Origin: Bacteroidota bacterium
GTDB taxonomy: Bacteria; Bacteroidota; Bacteroidia; Flavobacteriales_D; JABDKJ01
Reading direction: 5' to 3'
DNA length: 64,000 nt
Assembly: GCA_039028335.1 (NCBI GenBank)
Contig: JBCCIF010000002.1
Span: 12,317-76,316, forward strand
Of this stretch, positions 45,648 to 55,772 are shown piece by piece (the first letter of the stretch is position 1; the number at the start of each line of letters is the position of its first letter). The notes under the pieces were generated by a model. That model worked only from the letters and a program-made list of their open reading frames with translations. It was not told where the DNA came from and did not search any database. Made by a program: the position numbers and the translations under genes.

Positions 45648-48600
45648 ATGACAAAAATAAATACCCTTATCATAGTTTTTCTGGTCAGCGTTGTTTCTTT
45701 GAATGCCCAAAATAAACCTCTTGATTGGCAAGAAGCGATGATTGAAAGAAGTGTTTCATTCGAAGAAATTCAGGAATCATTCAATGCTGCATGGGAAGGA
45801 AAATCCTATGAAAAAGGCAAAGGGTATAAACAATTCAAGCGATGGGAATACATCAACCGTTCTCGGCTTATAGATGGCAATCATCCACCAGCAGATATTG
45901 CTTGGAAAGAAATTAAAAAATTGGGCCTAAATAAGGCTAATTCGCAATTAAAAAATTTAGGCTCTTGGACGAGTATCGGACCGACAAATGTGTTTCCAAC
46001 AGACAATGCAGGCGCTCCTGGTTTAGGGCGTGTGAATGTGATCGCGGTTTCACCCTCTGACCCCAATACAATTTTCATCGGTGCTCCTGCAGGAGGATTA
46101 TGGAAAACGGAAAATGCCGGAAATTCCTGGACCCCGCTAACGGATAACCTGATGAGTATCGGAATATCGGGAATCGCAATAGATCCAAATAATGAAGACA
46201 TCATTTACATAGGAACAGGGGATGGCGATGGCAGCGACACCTATTCAATAGGCGTTTTAAAATCTTTAGATGGAGGTCAAAGCTGGAATGAAACTGGATT
46301 AACGTTCAACACCTCTCAGAGTAGAACCTTTAATGAATTGATTTTTGATCCAGAAGACTCAGACATACTCTATGCCGCTACGAGCAATGGTTTGTACAAA
46401 ACCATAGATGCGGGCGATAATTGGGTCAATTTGTTAAGTGGAAATATCGAAGATGTTGCAATTCACCCGCTCGATAATCAAATCATCTATGCCTGCACGG
46501 ATGAATTTTTTAAATCAATTAATGCAGGAGAGAGTTTCGAAGAAATTGAGCAAGGACTCCCCTCTTCCTTTAACGTGAGGAGATTTAAAATGGCTTTGAG
46601 TCCAGATGAACCGGATTATGTCTATTTGGTGGCTGGTGATCAATCTGATGATGGATTCTTAGGATTGTATCGTTCAACTGATACAGGAGAATCGTTTGAC
46701 TTGCGCTCTAATAGCCCAAATATTTTGCACTGGAGCCAAAGTGGAAATGGCGATGGTGGCCAATCATGGTACGATCTCGCTATTGCGGCAGATCCTGATG
46801 ATGCCGATCGCATTTTTGTTGGAGGAGTGAATGTTTGGTCTTCAGATGACGGAGGAGTCAATTGGGATATATCATCGCATTGGGTTTTTCCAAACTCGAT
46901 TGGATATACGCATGCGGATATCCATTTTCTTTCTTTTGAAAACGGAATTATTTATTGCGGAAGTGATGGAGGAATTTATCGCTCAGAAAATGACGGGAAT
47001 ACTTGGAATGATTTAAGTGATGGCTTAGGTATTACTCAATTTTATCGCATTGGTGTATCTGAAACTAATCCAGATCTCATCCTGGGCGGCACACAAGACA
47101 ATGGTACTTTTCTTTTCAAAGAAGGCAATTGGTTCAATGTCTTAGGGGCAGATGGCATGGAGTGCCTTATTTACCCGAATGATGAAGATCGCATGATAGG
47201 TTCTATCTATTTTGGATCGCTATCCAGAAGTTTGAATGGCGCGGATTCATGGAATGCCTTTTCAGACGGAGTTGACGAAAACGGAGCTTGGGTGACCCCT
47301 TTTGAAATTGACCCGCAAAATCCCAACAATGTTTTTGCGGCATATGATAATGTGTGGAAACATGAAAACGGATTTTGGACGCAAATATCTGAGTTTGGAA
47401 GTAGCGATTTCTTTGCACTGCGCGTTGCTCCTTCAAACAGTGATTATATCTATGCTGCCAAGAGTTCAGCTCTTTTTAGAACCACAGATGGTGGTGAAAA
47501 TTGGGAAAATATTACCGTAGGCCTTCCTGGTGTAGGTGTAGAATATATTGAAGTCGATCCAGATAATCCAGATAGAGTTTATACTGTCCATGGCGGATTC
47601 TCTTCAGGTGAAAAGGTTTTTATGTCCGAAGATGGTGGCCAGACTTGGCAGAACATTTCATATAATTTACCGAATGTACCCGTAAATTGTATTGAGTTTC
47701 AAAACGGATCTGATGGCGGAATTTATATTGGAACAGACATTGGAATATTTTACACAGACAACGCTTTGGTTAATTGGACTCCATTCATGAATGGATTACC
47801 AAATACCGTAATTAGAGAATTAGAAATTCACGATCAGAGTCAAAAAATAAGAGCAGCCACGTTTGGCAGGGGAATTTGGGAATCTAGCCTTTATCAAGGT
47901 TTCACAGAGGTCCCAACAGCTGACTTTGAGTCGAATAGATTTGTAATATGCGCAGGAGAAAGTATTGATTTTACCGATATTTCCATTGGAAATGATGGAG
48001 GTTGGGACTGGGAATTTGAAGGAGGTTCTCCTTCAATATCCGAGGATCAAAACCCTACCATAACTTATAATACTCCAGGCAGTTATCAGGTTACGCTAAC
48101 AGTTGACAATGCTAACGGAAGTGGAACAGAAATAAAAACCGCATTTATTCATGTTTTAGAGAATGAAGGACTTCCTTCTCCATTTGCAGAGCCTTTTGAA
48201 AACGTGCAAATACCTGGAGATTGGTTTGTTAACAATCCGGATGGTCAAGTGACTTGGGAAATTTCCTCATCTTCTGGAAACATTGGTTTAGGATCAGCTT
48301 ACATCAACAATATCACTAATACAGAAGGGCAAACAGATGAATTACAATCCCCTACGATTGATCTTTCTTCAGCCACTGATGCAGTATTGAGTTTTTATGT
48401 GGCGTATAGCAAGAAGGGTGAAAGTGACGATGACCGTTTACGTGTATATGTCTCTAAAGATTGTGGAGAGAATTGGTCTTTGCGGAAAACAATAACTGCC
48501 AATGGCGATCTTGAAACAGGTGCACCTCAAGTAGCTCCGTTCGCACCAGAAGCAGATCAATGGAATTTTATTGAAGTCACAAATATTCTAGAAAGTTTCT

Positions 48601-48968
48601 ATGTAGAGAACTTCCGAATGATGTTTAGATGGGAATCTGGAGGAGGAAACAATATTTATCTTGATGACATCAATTTAATTGGGACGGTTTCGAACAATGA
48701 CATTTCCATCGACAGAATACAATTGCAGCTCTTTCCGAACCCTAGCGAAGGTCAAAGCACCTTGGCCTTCTCGATTGGAGAAGCAGCTAATGCCACAATT
48801 TATATTACGGACTTGAATGGGAAGAAAGTGGCTTCCTTATATGCCGGGAATCTAAATGCAGGCCAACAGAGTTTAAATTTTGATAGCCCTGAACTGGCCA
48901 ATGGAACTTATTTAATAGTTATCGAATTGAACGATCAATTATTCTCTAAAAAATGGGTAAAAAAGTGA
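45648..48968 (+). CDS. secreted BNR/Asp-box repeat protein with PKD domain and T9SS type-A C-terminal sorting domain
   Basis: 1106 aa with a signal peptide and at least 8 Asp-box-like SxDxGxxW motifs (SLDGGQSWN, SDDGGVNWD, SENDGNTWN, TTDGGENWE, SEDGGQTWQ ...). The PKD-like region is ITYNTPGSYQVTLTVDNANG. The C-terminus is LFPNPSEGQSTLAF...GTYLIVIELNDQLFSKKWVKK. Confidence 0.85.
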   Translation: MTKINTLIIVFLVSVVSLNAQNKPLDWQEAMIERSVSFEEIQESFNAAWEGKSYEKGKGYKQFKRWEYINRSRLIDGNHPPADIAWKEIKKLGLNKANSQLKNLGSWTSIGPTNVFPTDNAGAPGLGRVNVIAVSPSDPNTIFIGAPAGGLWKTENAGNSWTPLTDNLMSIGISGIAIDPNNEDIIYIGTGDGDGSDTYSIGVLKSLDGGQSWNETGLTFNTSQSRTFNELIFDPEDSDILYAATSNGLYKTIDAGDNWVNLLSGNIEDVAIHPLDNQIIYACTDEFFKSINAGESFEEIEQGLPSSFNVRRFKMALSPDEPDYVYLVAGDQSDDGFLGLYRSTDTGESFDLRSNSPNILHWSQSGNGDGGQSWYDLAIAADPDDADRIFVGGVNVWSSDDGGVNWDISSHWVFPNSIGYTHADIHFLSFENGIIYCGSDGGIYRSENDGNTWNDLSDGLGITQFYRIGVSETNPDLILGGTQDNGTFLFKEGNWFNVLGADGMECLIYPNDEDRMIGSIYFGSLSRSLNGADSWNAFSDGVDENGAWVTPFEIDPQNPNNVFAAYDNVWKHENGFWTQISEFGSSDFFALRVAPSNSDYIYAAKSSALFRTTDGGENWENITVGLPGVGVEYIEVDPDNPDRVYTVHGGFSSGEKVFMSEDGGQTWQNISYNLPNVPVNCIEFQNGSDGGIYIGTDIGIFYTDNALVNWTPFMNGLPNTVIRELEIHDQSQKIRAATFGRGIWESSLYQGFTEVPTADFESNRFVICAGESIDFTDISIGNDGGWDWEFEGGSPSISEDQNPTITYNTPGSYQVTLTVDNANGSGTEIKTAFIHVLENEGLPSPFAEPFENVQIPGDWFVNNPDGQVTWEISSSSGNIGLGSAYINNITNTEGQTDELQSPTIDLSSATDAVLSFYVAYSKKGESDDDRLRVYVSKDCGENWSLRKTITANGDLETGAPQVAPFAPEADQWNFIEVTNILESFYVENFRMMFRWESGGGNNIYLDDINLIGTVSNNDISIDRIQLQLFPNPSEGQSTLAFSIGEAANATIYITDLNGKKVASLYAGNLNAGQQSLNFDSPELANGTYLIVIELNDQLFSKKWVKK

Positions 48969-48993
48969 TACAAATAGGCTAGAGAGATTTAAA

Positions 48994-49683
48994 CTAGCGA
49001 TGTTGCTTCTCAAAGAAATCCCAAAGAGAATCTTTAGGTGGACGTGCTGTTAAGTCAATCAATTCTTTCTTTACAGGATGTTCAAAAGAAATGGTACGAG
49101 CATGAAGAGATATTGATCCGTCTTTGTTTGATCTACTAAATCCATATTTTAAGTCTCCCTTAATTGGGCAACCAATATGTGCAAGTTGTGCGCGAATTTG
49201 ATGATGTCTGCCTGTATGAAGTTCAATTTCTAAAAGATGATATCGATCAGAACTGCCTATATGGGCATATTCCAATGACGCTGTTTTGGCCTCCTTGTTA
49301 TTTCCTTGATGCACGTATGACTTATTCTGCTTTTGATTTCTTAGCAAACGATGCTCTAGGCGTTCATGTTTAGCAGGTGTTTCATTTCCTACAATAGCCC
49401 AATACTTTTTTTTGATGTCCCTATCCTTGAAAATTTTCGTCATTCTACTCAAAGCCTTGCTGGTTCTGCACATCACAAGAATGCCGCTAGTTGGGCGATC
49501 TAAGCGATGAGGAAGGCCTAAAAATACTTCGCCTGGCTTATTGTACTTTTCTTTAATGTAGGCCTTTGATCTATCCATCAAAGTAGCATCACCCGTACGA
49601 TCACCTTGGACCAATTCCCCTGATTTTTTATTGACAATTAATAAGTGATTGTCTTCGTATAAAACCTGTTTCTCAAAGCTCAT
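48994..49683 (-). CDS. RluA family pseudouridine synthase
   Basis: Motifs VLYEDNHLLIVNKKSG, LGLPHRLDRPTSGILV and HTGRHHQIRAQLAHIGCPIKGDLKYG. ATG 49681-49683 is preferred over the upstream ORF-track start. Confidence 0.85.
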   Translation of the reverse strand: MSFEKQVLYEDNHLLIVNKKSGELVQGDRTGDATLMDRSKAYIKEKYNKPGEVFLGLPHRLDRPTSGILVMCRTSKALSRMTKIFKDRDIKKKYWAIVGNETPAKHERLEHRLLRNQKQNKSYVHQGNNKEAKTASLEYAHIGSSDRYHLLEIELHTGRHHQIRAQLAHIGCPIKGDLKYGFSRSNKDGSISLHARTISFEHPVKKELIDLTARPPKDSLWDFFEKQHR

Positions 49684-49954
49684 TGCTTGGGTGATTTGGC
49701 ATAGGCATCCAATGCGTAACATCCTCGAAATAATGATTACTCAAGCCCTCTCCCAACCAGAAGTGCGGTCCGTGTTTTTCAAACTTCACACTTCCTTCCT
49801 GAAAGAATGACGCGACATATCTCAAAATGACAACAGGTTCATGTCTTTGTTCACCTGACTTACCAGGGAGGTATTGAAAATTATTTGGAAGGAAACAAAG
49901 TACCTTTTGACCATCATCGGGTTTTTGTTCATTGATATCTATCCAAGAATACAT
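49673..49954 (-). CDS. DUF551-like small protein
   Basis: 93 aa. N-terminal WIDINEQKPDDGQKVLCF and C-terminal VTHWMPMPNHP match the DUF551 pattern (W....lP ... vtHWmPlP.pP). The ATG directly abuts the panB stop. Confidence 0.55.
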   Translation of the reverse strand: MYSWIDINEQKPDDGQKVLCFLPNNFQYLPGKSGEQRHEPVVILRYVASFFQEGSVKFEKHGPHFWLGEGLSNHYFEDVTHWMPMPNHPSNEL

Positions 49955-50770
49955 TTAATACTGTTCAGATTCATTCGGGAAATCTTGATTTCTTACGTCT
50001 TTGACATAAGAAGAAATTGCATTAGTCATTACATCTGATAGATCTGCATATCTTCTCAAAAATCGCGGACTAAATTCCTGAGTTATTCCAAGCATGTCAT
50101 GAACAACCAATACTTGTCCATCCACAGACGCTCCGGCCCCTATGCCGATGATAGGAATTTCAACTGTTTTAGAAACACGTGCAGCAAGTTTTGCTGGAAT
50201 TTTCTCAAGCACAATTCCAAAGCATCCAATGTCCTCCAGTAACTTCGCATCTTCAACTAATCTTTTTGCCTCGTCATCCTGTTTCGCACGAACAGTATAC
50301 GTACCAAACTTATAGATAGATTGAGGTGTCAGGCCTAAATGCCCCATTACCGGAATTCCGGCACTTAAAATTCTTTCTATGGATTCGCGAATTTCATGAC
50401 CGCCTTCTAATTTTACTGCATGCGCTCCCGATTCTTTCATTATCCGAATAGCTGAATTCAAGGCTTCCTTTGAATTGCCCTGATAATATCCAAAAGGAAT
50501 ATCTACTACCACGAGCGCTCTTTTGATAGCTCTAATTACCGATGAAGCGTGATAAATCATTTGATCTAGCGTAATCGGCAAGGTGGTCTCATGACCTGCC
50601 ATAACGTTGGAAGCCGAATCTCCTACTAATACAATATCAATCCCAGCTTGATCAACGATTTTCGCCATAGAAAAATCGTAGGCCGTTAACATGGCTATTT
50701 TCTCGTTTTGGGCTTTCATTTCGCGCAAGGTATGAGTAGTAATTCGCTTTGCCTTCTGATGTACTGACAT
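49955..50770 (-). CDS. panB: 3-methyl-2-oxobutanoate hydroxymethyltransferase
   Basis: 271 aa with [48 protein letters not shown] and [10 protein letters not shown]. Confidence 0.95.
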   Translation of the reverse strand: MSVHQKAKRITTHTLREMKAQNEKIAMLTAYDFSMAKIVDQAGIDIVLVGDSASNVMAGHETTLPITLDQMIYHASSVIRAIKRALVVVDIPFGYYQGNSKEALNSAIRIMKESGAHAVKLEGGHEIRESIERILSAGIPVMGHLGLTPQSIYKFGTYTVRAKQDDEAKRLVEDAKLLEDIGCFGIVLEKIPAKLAARVSKTVEIPIIGIGAGASVDGQVLVVHDMLGITQEFSPRFLRRYADLSDVMTNAISSYVKDVRNQDFPNESEQY

Positions 50771-50932
50771 AATATCTTTAATCTGCCCAAATTTAGTTTT
50801 TCTCTAATGATTATTGCACTTTTATTTTATTCCTAACCATTCAATACGAAAAACAGTCCATTCCTCAAAGAGCATAATTTCTTGTATAAATTTCAGTTAT
50901 AAAAACGTACTTTTGCATCTGATTTCGAGGAT

Positions 50933-52021
50933 ATGAGGATATTTATTGGTTTTGCTGCTTTTTTTATGTTAATCATGACCTTTTCGTCATGTGAAACAGA
51001 TTTCGAACTAAATGCGCCTTATGAGAAAACTGCGGTCATTTTCGGATTTTTGGAGATGTCAGCAGATACCCAGTTTTTTAGAATTCAAAAAACCTTTTTA
51101 GGTGAAGGGGATGCCGTTTTATTTGCGCAGGAGCCTGATTCATCTTATTTCGACAATGTGCAAGGAAAAGTATTTTGGACAAATGAAAACGGTGCTACCT
51201 TGGGTATGGCAACGATGGATGAAATTATTATCACTGACAAAGATACCGATGGAGCATTTTTTGCTCCAGAACAATTGGTCTACTACATTCCCTCAAGCGA
51301 TATCGATTTTGACGTAGACTACACCTACCATCTTGAAGTCATTGCTGACGGCCAGACGTATACCAGTTCTACGAGGTTGGTTGAAATTCGTGAGCAATTT
51401 GTTCAACAACCTTCCCCAACGGCTCAGGACCCTGAAATTTCTATGGTAAGCGGTCAAGGCCCTACAGTAAACTATCTCGATAAGAGAGTTCGATTTACAA
51501 CCCAGGAGTTCGCTAGAAGATATAATATCTCCATGAACTATTTATGGAACGATGTGCGCACAGATGGCACATTTGGTCGCAATTTCAATTTGGAAATTGG
51601 TAATGTTATTACAGAAGATGACCTAGGAGGTGCTACAGAAGAGCGCTCTTTTAATAGTGAAGCTTGGTATGCGTTGATAGATAATTTGACTGATCCTCAT
51701 CCGAACTTACAGTATAGAGAGGCCGGTCGCTTAGATTTTAAAATCACTTTGGCGGCAGAAGACCTTCACAATTATTTATCTGTCAACGAACCTGTAACGA
51801 GTATTGTAACAGAAAGACCGGAGTATACTAACATCAATAAAGGCGACAATGGTGAACCAGGTATTGGAATCTTTTCAAGCCGTTTTACCATTACACGAAC
51901 CAAATTCCTCAATTTTTCTTCCATGAGAGAAATGGTTTGTGGTCAATATACTTTGGATGATTTGTTTTGCGATCCGAATTCGGGCTCTTTGCAGTGCGGA
52001 ACGGGCTTTGATTGCAATTAA
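50933..52021 (+). CDS. hypothetical lipoprotein (possibly DUF4249-like)
   Basis: 362 aa with lipobox MTFSSC. CETDFELNAPYEKTAVIFGFL resembles the start of Bacteroidota DUF4249 lipoproteins. Tentative. Confidence 0.5.
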   Translation: MRIFIGFAAFFMLIMTFSSCETDFELNAPYEKTAVIFGFLEMSADTQFFRIQKTFLGEGDAVLFAQEPDSSYFDNVQGKVFWTNENGATLGMATMDEIIITDKDTDGAFFAPEQLVYYIPSSDIDFDVDYTYHLEVIADGQTYTSSTRLVEIREQFVQQPSPTAQDPEISMVSGQGPTVNYLDKRVRFTTQEFARRYNISMNYLWNDVRTDGTFGRNFNLEIGNVITEDDLGGATEERSFNSEAWYALIDNLTDPHPNLQYREAGRLDFKITLAAEDLHNYLSVNEPVTSIVTERPEYTNINKGDNGEPGIGIFSSRFTITRTKFLNFSSMREMVCGQYTLDDLFCDPNSGSLQCGTGFDCN

Positions 52022-52145
52022 TCTGCCTTTTTGACACATTTTGTCAGTATTTTTCTGTCAGAAATCCATCATTTCTCCTATGGCATAATCATTGACTTCG
52101 ACACAGTGATTATTTAAAAGATTACTAAAACTCTAATACAAGACA

Positions 52146-54059
52146 ATGAGCAAGATTATTGGAATTGACTTAGGAACTACAAATTCATGTGTTTCTGTAA
52201 TGGAGGGTAACGAACCTGTAGTTATCACCAATAGCGAAGGAAAAAGAACCACTCCTTCAGTTGTGGCCTTTATAGAAAATGGTGAAAGAAAAATTGGGGA
52301 TCCGGCAAAAAGACAGGCCATAACCAATCCTACAAAGACGATCTACTCCATCAAAAGATTTATGGGTAACAACTTTGACGAAGTTACCAATGAGGTTGGA
52401 AGAGTTCCTTATGAAGTTGTCAAAGGAGATAATAATACGCCTCGTGTTCAAATTGACGACAGGTTATATACTCCTCAAGAAATTTCAGCTATGATTCTTC
52501 AAAAGATGAAAAAAACGGCTGAAGATTACTTAGGGCAAAAAGTTACCGAAGCGGTAATAACAGTTCCTGCCTATTTCAACGATTCACAGAGACAAGCAAC
52601 CAAAGAAGCAGGAGAAATTGCTGGCTTAGAAGTAAAAAGAATTATAAATGAACCTACAGCTGCGGCATTGGCTTATGGTCTTGACAAAAAGGCACAAGAT
52701 GTCAAAGTGGTTGTTTTTGACTGTGGAGGAGGAACACATGATGTTTCTATTCTTGAGTTAGGAGATGGAGTGTTTGAAGTACTTTCTACAGACGGTGATA
52801 CGCATCTAGGAGGAGACGATTTCGATGAAGCCATCATTTCTTGGTTGGCAGAAGAATTCATGAATGATGAAGGAATTGATTTAAGAAAAGATCCAATGGC
52901 TTTGCAGCGCTTAAAAGAAGCTGCTGAAAAAGCAAAAATAGAGTTGTCTTCTACAACTTCAAGCGAAATTAATTTGCCTTATATCATGCCAGTAGATGGT
53001 GTACCTAAACACTTGGTAAAATCACTTTCTAGAGCAAAGTTTGATCAATTGACTGCCGATTTGGTGAAGAGAACAATTGAGCCATGCGAAAGTGCTTTGA
53101 AAGCTGCAGGTTTGAGCAAAAGCGATATTGATGATGTTATATTAGTAGGAGGATCTACGCGAATTCCCGCGATTCAAGAGGCCGTTAAGTCATTCTTTGG
53201 AAAAGAACCTTCTAAAGGGGTTAATCCAGACGAAGTGGTTTCTCTTGGTGCTGCTATTCAAGGTGGAGTGCTAACTGGAGAGGTGACAGATGTTCTTCTT
53301 CTTGACGTTACTCCATTGTCTTTGGGAATTGAAACAATGGGAGGTGTGTTTACGCGATTAATAGATGCGAACACAACTATACCTACAAATAAGTCAGAAG
53401 TATTCTCTACGGCAGCTGACAATCAGACTTCTGTTGAAATACATGTACTTCAAGGAGAGCGTTCAATGGCCAATGATAACAGAACAATCGGTCGTTTTCA
53501 CTTAGACGGTATTCCATCAGCTCCTAGAGGAGTTCCACAAGTCGAAGTAACTTTCGACATTGATGCCAATGGAATCATCAATGTTTCAGCAAAAGATAAA
53601 GCAACGAACAAAGAACAAAGTATTCGAATAGAAGCTTCCTCTGGACTTTCTGATGAGGACATCGAAAAGATGAAAAGAGAAGCAGAAGCGAATGCTGATG
53701 CTGACAAGGCCGCAAAAGAAAAGGTCGATGTCGTAAATAAGGCGGATAGTTTAATCTTTCAAACTGAAAAACAATTGGATGAGTTTGGAGAAAAGATTCC
53801 TGCTGACAAAATGCAACCAATAAAAGATGCTTTGGCAGAGTTAAAGGAAGCGCATAAGTCAGGAGATGTTGAAGTTATCAAGCCGGCAATTGAAAAGTTA
53901 AATACTGCATTTTCTGCGGCATCTCAAGAGATGTACAATGCCGCAAATGCAGAGAATGCCGATCAAGGTCCGACAAACACAGGTTCTTCAGAAAGTGCCA
54001 ACGAAGGTGACGAAGAAGTCACGGATGTTGATTTTGAAGAGGTGAAAGACGAAGGATAA
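52146..54059 (+). CDS. dnaK: molecular chaperone DnaK (Hsp70)
   Basis: 637 aa with [22 protein letters not shown]-type ([12 protein letters not shown]) and [14 protein letters not shown] signatures. Confidence 0.97.
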   Translation: MSKIIGIDLGTTNSCVSVMEGNEPVVITNSEGKRTTPSVVAFIENGERKIGDPAKRQAITNPTKTIYSIKRFMGNNFDEVTNEVGRVPYEVVKGDNNTPRVQIDDRLYTPQEISAMILQKMKKTAEDYLGQKVTEAVITVPAYFNDSQRQATKEAGEIAGLEVKRIINEPTAAALAYGLDKKAQDVKVVVFDCGGGTHDVSILELGDGVFEVLSTDGDTHLGGDDFDEAIISWLAEEFMNDEGIDLRKDPMALQRLKEAAEKAKIELSSTTSSEINLPYIMPVDGVPKHLVKSLSRAKFDQLTADLVKRTIEPCESALKAAGLSKSDIDDVILVGGSTRIPAIQEAVKSFFGKEPSKGVNPDEVVSLGAAIQGGVLTGEVTDVLLLDVTPLSLGIETMGGVFTRLIDANTTIPTNKSEVFSTAADNQTSVEIHVLQGERSMANDNRTIGRFHLDGIPSAPRGVPQVEVTFDIDANGIINVSAKDKATNKEQSIRIEASSGLSDEDIEKMKREAEANADADKAAKEKVDVVNKADSLIFQTEKQLDEFGEKIPADKMQPIKDALAELKEAHKSGDVEVIKPAIEKLNTAFSAASQEMYNAANAENADQGPTNTGSSESANEGDEEVTDVDFEEVKDEG

Positions 54060-54082
54060 GTAAAAAAGAGCATACTAAAAGG

Positions 54083-54109
54083 CCCGTTTCAATTGAAACG
54101 GGTTTTTTT
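54083..54109. terminator. bidirectional rho-independent terminator between convergent dnaK and the phosphatase gene
   Basis: cccgtttc-aatt-gaaacggg (8-bp GC-rich stem), flanked by aaaa on the left and ttttttt on the right. The T-tract overlaps the stop codon of the minus-strand gene. Confidence 0.85.
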
Positions 54110-55643
54110 ATGCCACAATTTTAAGTTCAGGAAAAGAAGTTTTTGAATAATCTACACCTGGAATTTCAAATCCTGCGACCAAAACATCATCTACTTGTTC
54201 TTCTTCTCGCTGCCAATGATGAAATTCGTAATTAAACAGATAACGTTGATCTTCCATTCTCAAATCCTGTGATTGACTCACAAATTCTCTGAACCTTTTT
54301 GTCATGTATTTCTTTCCTTTTTCACCACCGAATTGATCGCAATAGCCATCTGTATAAAAATAATAGCGGTCCCCTGGTTCTACATTTACAAGTCGATTCT
54401 CAAAAGTCTTTTCCTTATCGAGTATTCCACCAATTGAATATTTATTTCCAGGAATTATCTCCAAGTCTCCTTTTCTTACTTTAATCATTGGACGCATTGC
54501 CCCTGCATATTCAATGGTATTGTCTTTTCTGCTCATTCGGCACATAGAAATGTCCATTCCTTCAGGGATATCGTATTTTTTATGATTGATCGAACGCTCT
54601 AATCGGACGTCTAATTCATGTAAAATTTCAGCAGGAGAGATATTCTCACTCCCTTTAATGATATCTCTCAAAATTGCCTGTCCAAGCATCGTCACCATCG
54701 CTCCTGGCACTCCATGTCCAGTGCAGTCGGCTATTGCAAAATAAGATATATCGCCAATAGTATAGTACCAGAAGAAGTCACCACTGACAATATCTTTCGG
54801 CTTGTAGACCACGAAAAAATCTGGAAATTCTTTTTGAATTTTCTTGTATGGTGGAAGTATCGATTCTTGTATTCTCTTGGCACTTTTAATACTAGCAATA
54901 ATATTCTTGTTCTTGTTCTCAATCAGCATATTGTGAAGAGCCATTTTCTTTTTGGTCTTGATCTCTTTTCGTATGATTCGCACCATTAATAAATACAATA
55001 GAAAAGATGCCAATACTAAAAATCCGCCTATAACCCATGTCTTTTGCAGAGCTGCTTCCTGTGCACTTTTTATGAATGGAGTAAATGGAGTATCTACCTG
55101 AATGATGGCTCTAGATTCTCCATGATCATTTATAGGAGCAAAAGCAGAAATCCAAATTCCATTTTCAGTCTCGTATTTGTCAATTGTTCCACCAATATGA
55201 ATTTCATCTCTTTGCCGTTCATTAAATTTCTTCCACTTATGTCTAAAGTATGGCCGCACTCCTGAGGTAACGACAAAGCTAAAGCTCTGTTCCTTTTCAC
55301 TAAAGACTGCCGTATAAATATCTGTTGGTAGATTATTGGTTTGCTTAACGGTCTTTAAAATTTCATGAATTTTTTGGTAGGTTTCGTCTTGATCAGAGGT
55401 TTTTATATCGTCTTTCTTTTTGTTCTCTTCGTATAATGCAGAATGCTGTTCTCCATCAATTTGGCAAGCTACTGTTTTCGCTATGACCAATAATCTGGAC
55501 TTTTCTTGCTTTTCGAAAATTTCAATTGTTCTGAGATAATCGTAATAAGTAAAGAATGCCGTGAAAAGAATCAATGCAAAGAGTAGAAGCATTAATGCTC
55601 TAGAAATACTATTACTAAATATCTCTTTGAGATATAAAGGCAT
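54108..55643 (-). CDS. membrane sensor PP2C-type (SpoIIE family) protein phosphatase
   Basis: 511 aa with two TM segments bracketing a ~170-aa extracytoplasmic region. The C-terminal PP2C/SpoIIE domain has SGDFFWY, IADCTGHGVPGAMVTMLG, YFYTDGYCDQFGG and DDVLVAGFE. Confidence 0.85.
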   Translation of the reverse strand: MPLYLKEIFSNSISRALMLLLFALILFTAFFTYYDYLRTIEIFEKQEKSRLLVIAKTVACQIDGEQHSALYEENKKKDDIKTSDQDETYQKIHEILKTVKQTNNLPTDIYTAVFSEKEQSFSFVVTSGVRPYFRHKWKKFNERQRDEIHIGGTIDKYETENGIWISAFAPINDHGESRAIIQVDTPFTPFIKSAQEAALQKTWVIGGFLVLASFLLYLLMVRIIRKEIKTKKKMALHNMLIENKNKNIIASIKSAKRIQESILPPYKKIQKEFPDFFVVYKPKDIVSGDFFWYYTIGDISYFAIADCTGHGVPGAMVTMLGQAILRDIIKGSENISPAEILHELDVRLERSINHKKYDIPEGMDISMCRMSRKDNTIEYAGAMRPMIKVRKGDLEIIPGNKYSIGGILDKEKTFENRLVNVEPGDRYYFYTDGYCDQFGGEKGKKYMTKRFREFVSQSQDLRMEDQRYLFNYEFHHWQREEEQVDDVLVAGFEIPGVDYSKTSFPELKIVA

Positions 55644-55772
55644 GATGAAGTTGATTTAGTTAGTCTTTGTACGTTTATTTCGGTAAAAGGTTCAAAAAGG
55701 AGACTAAGCAGTTGGAATTATTTCATATGAATGACAAACAATTCCTTCGTACATTCGTTTTGTCTTTAGCAA

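Noticed and set aside
49673-49954. DUF551-like gene as a marker of a prophage or mobile island
   Set aside because: No integrase, terminase, capsid gene, tRNA attachment site or flanking repeats are nearby. The neighbours are core genes (panB and a pseudouridine synthase) with coupled translation.
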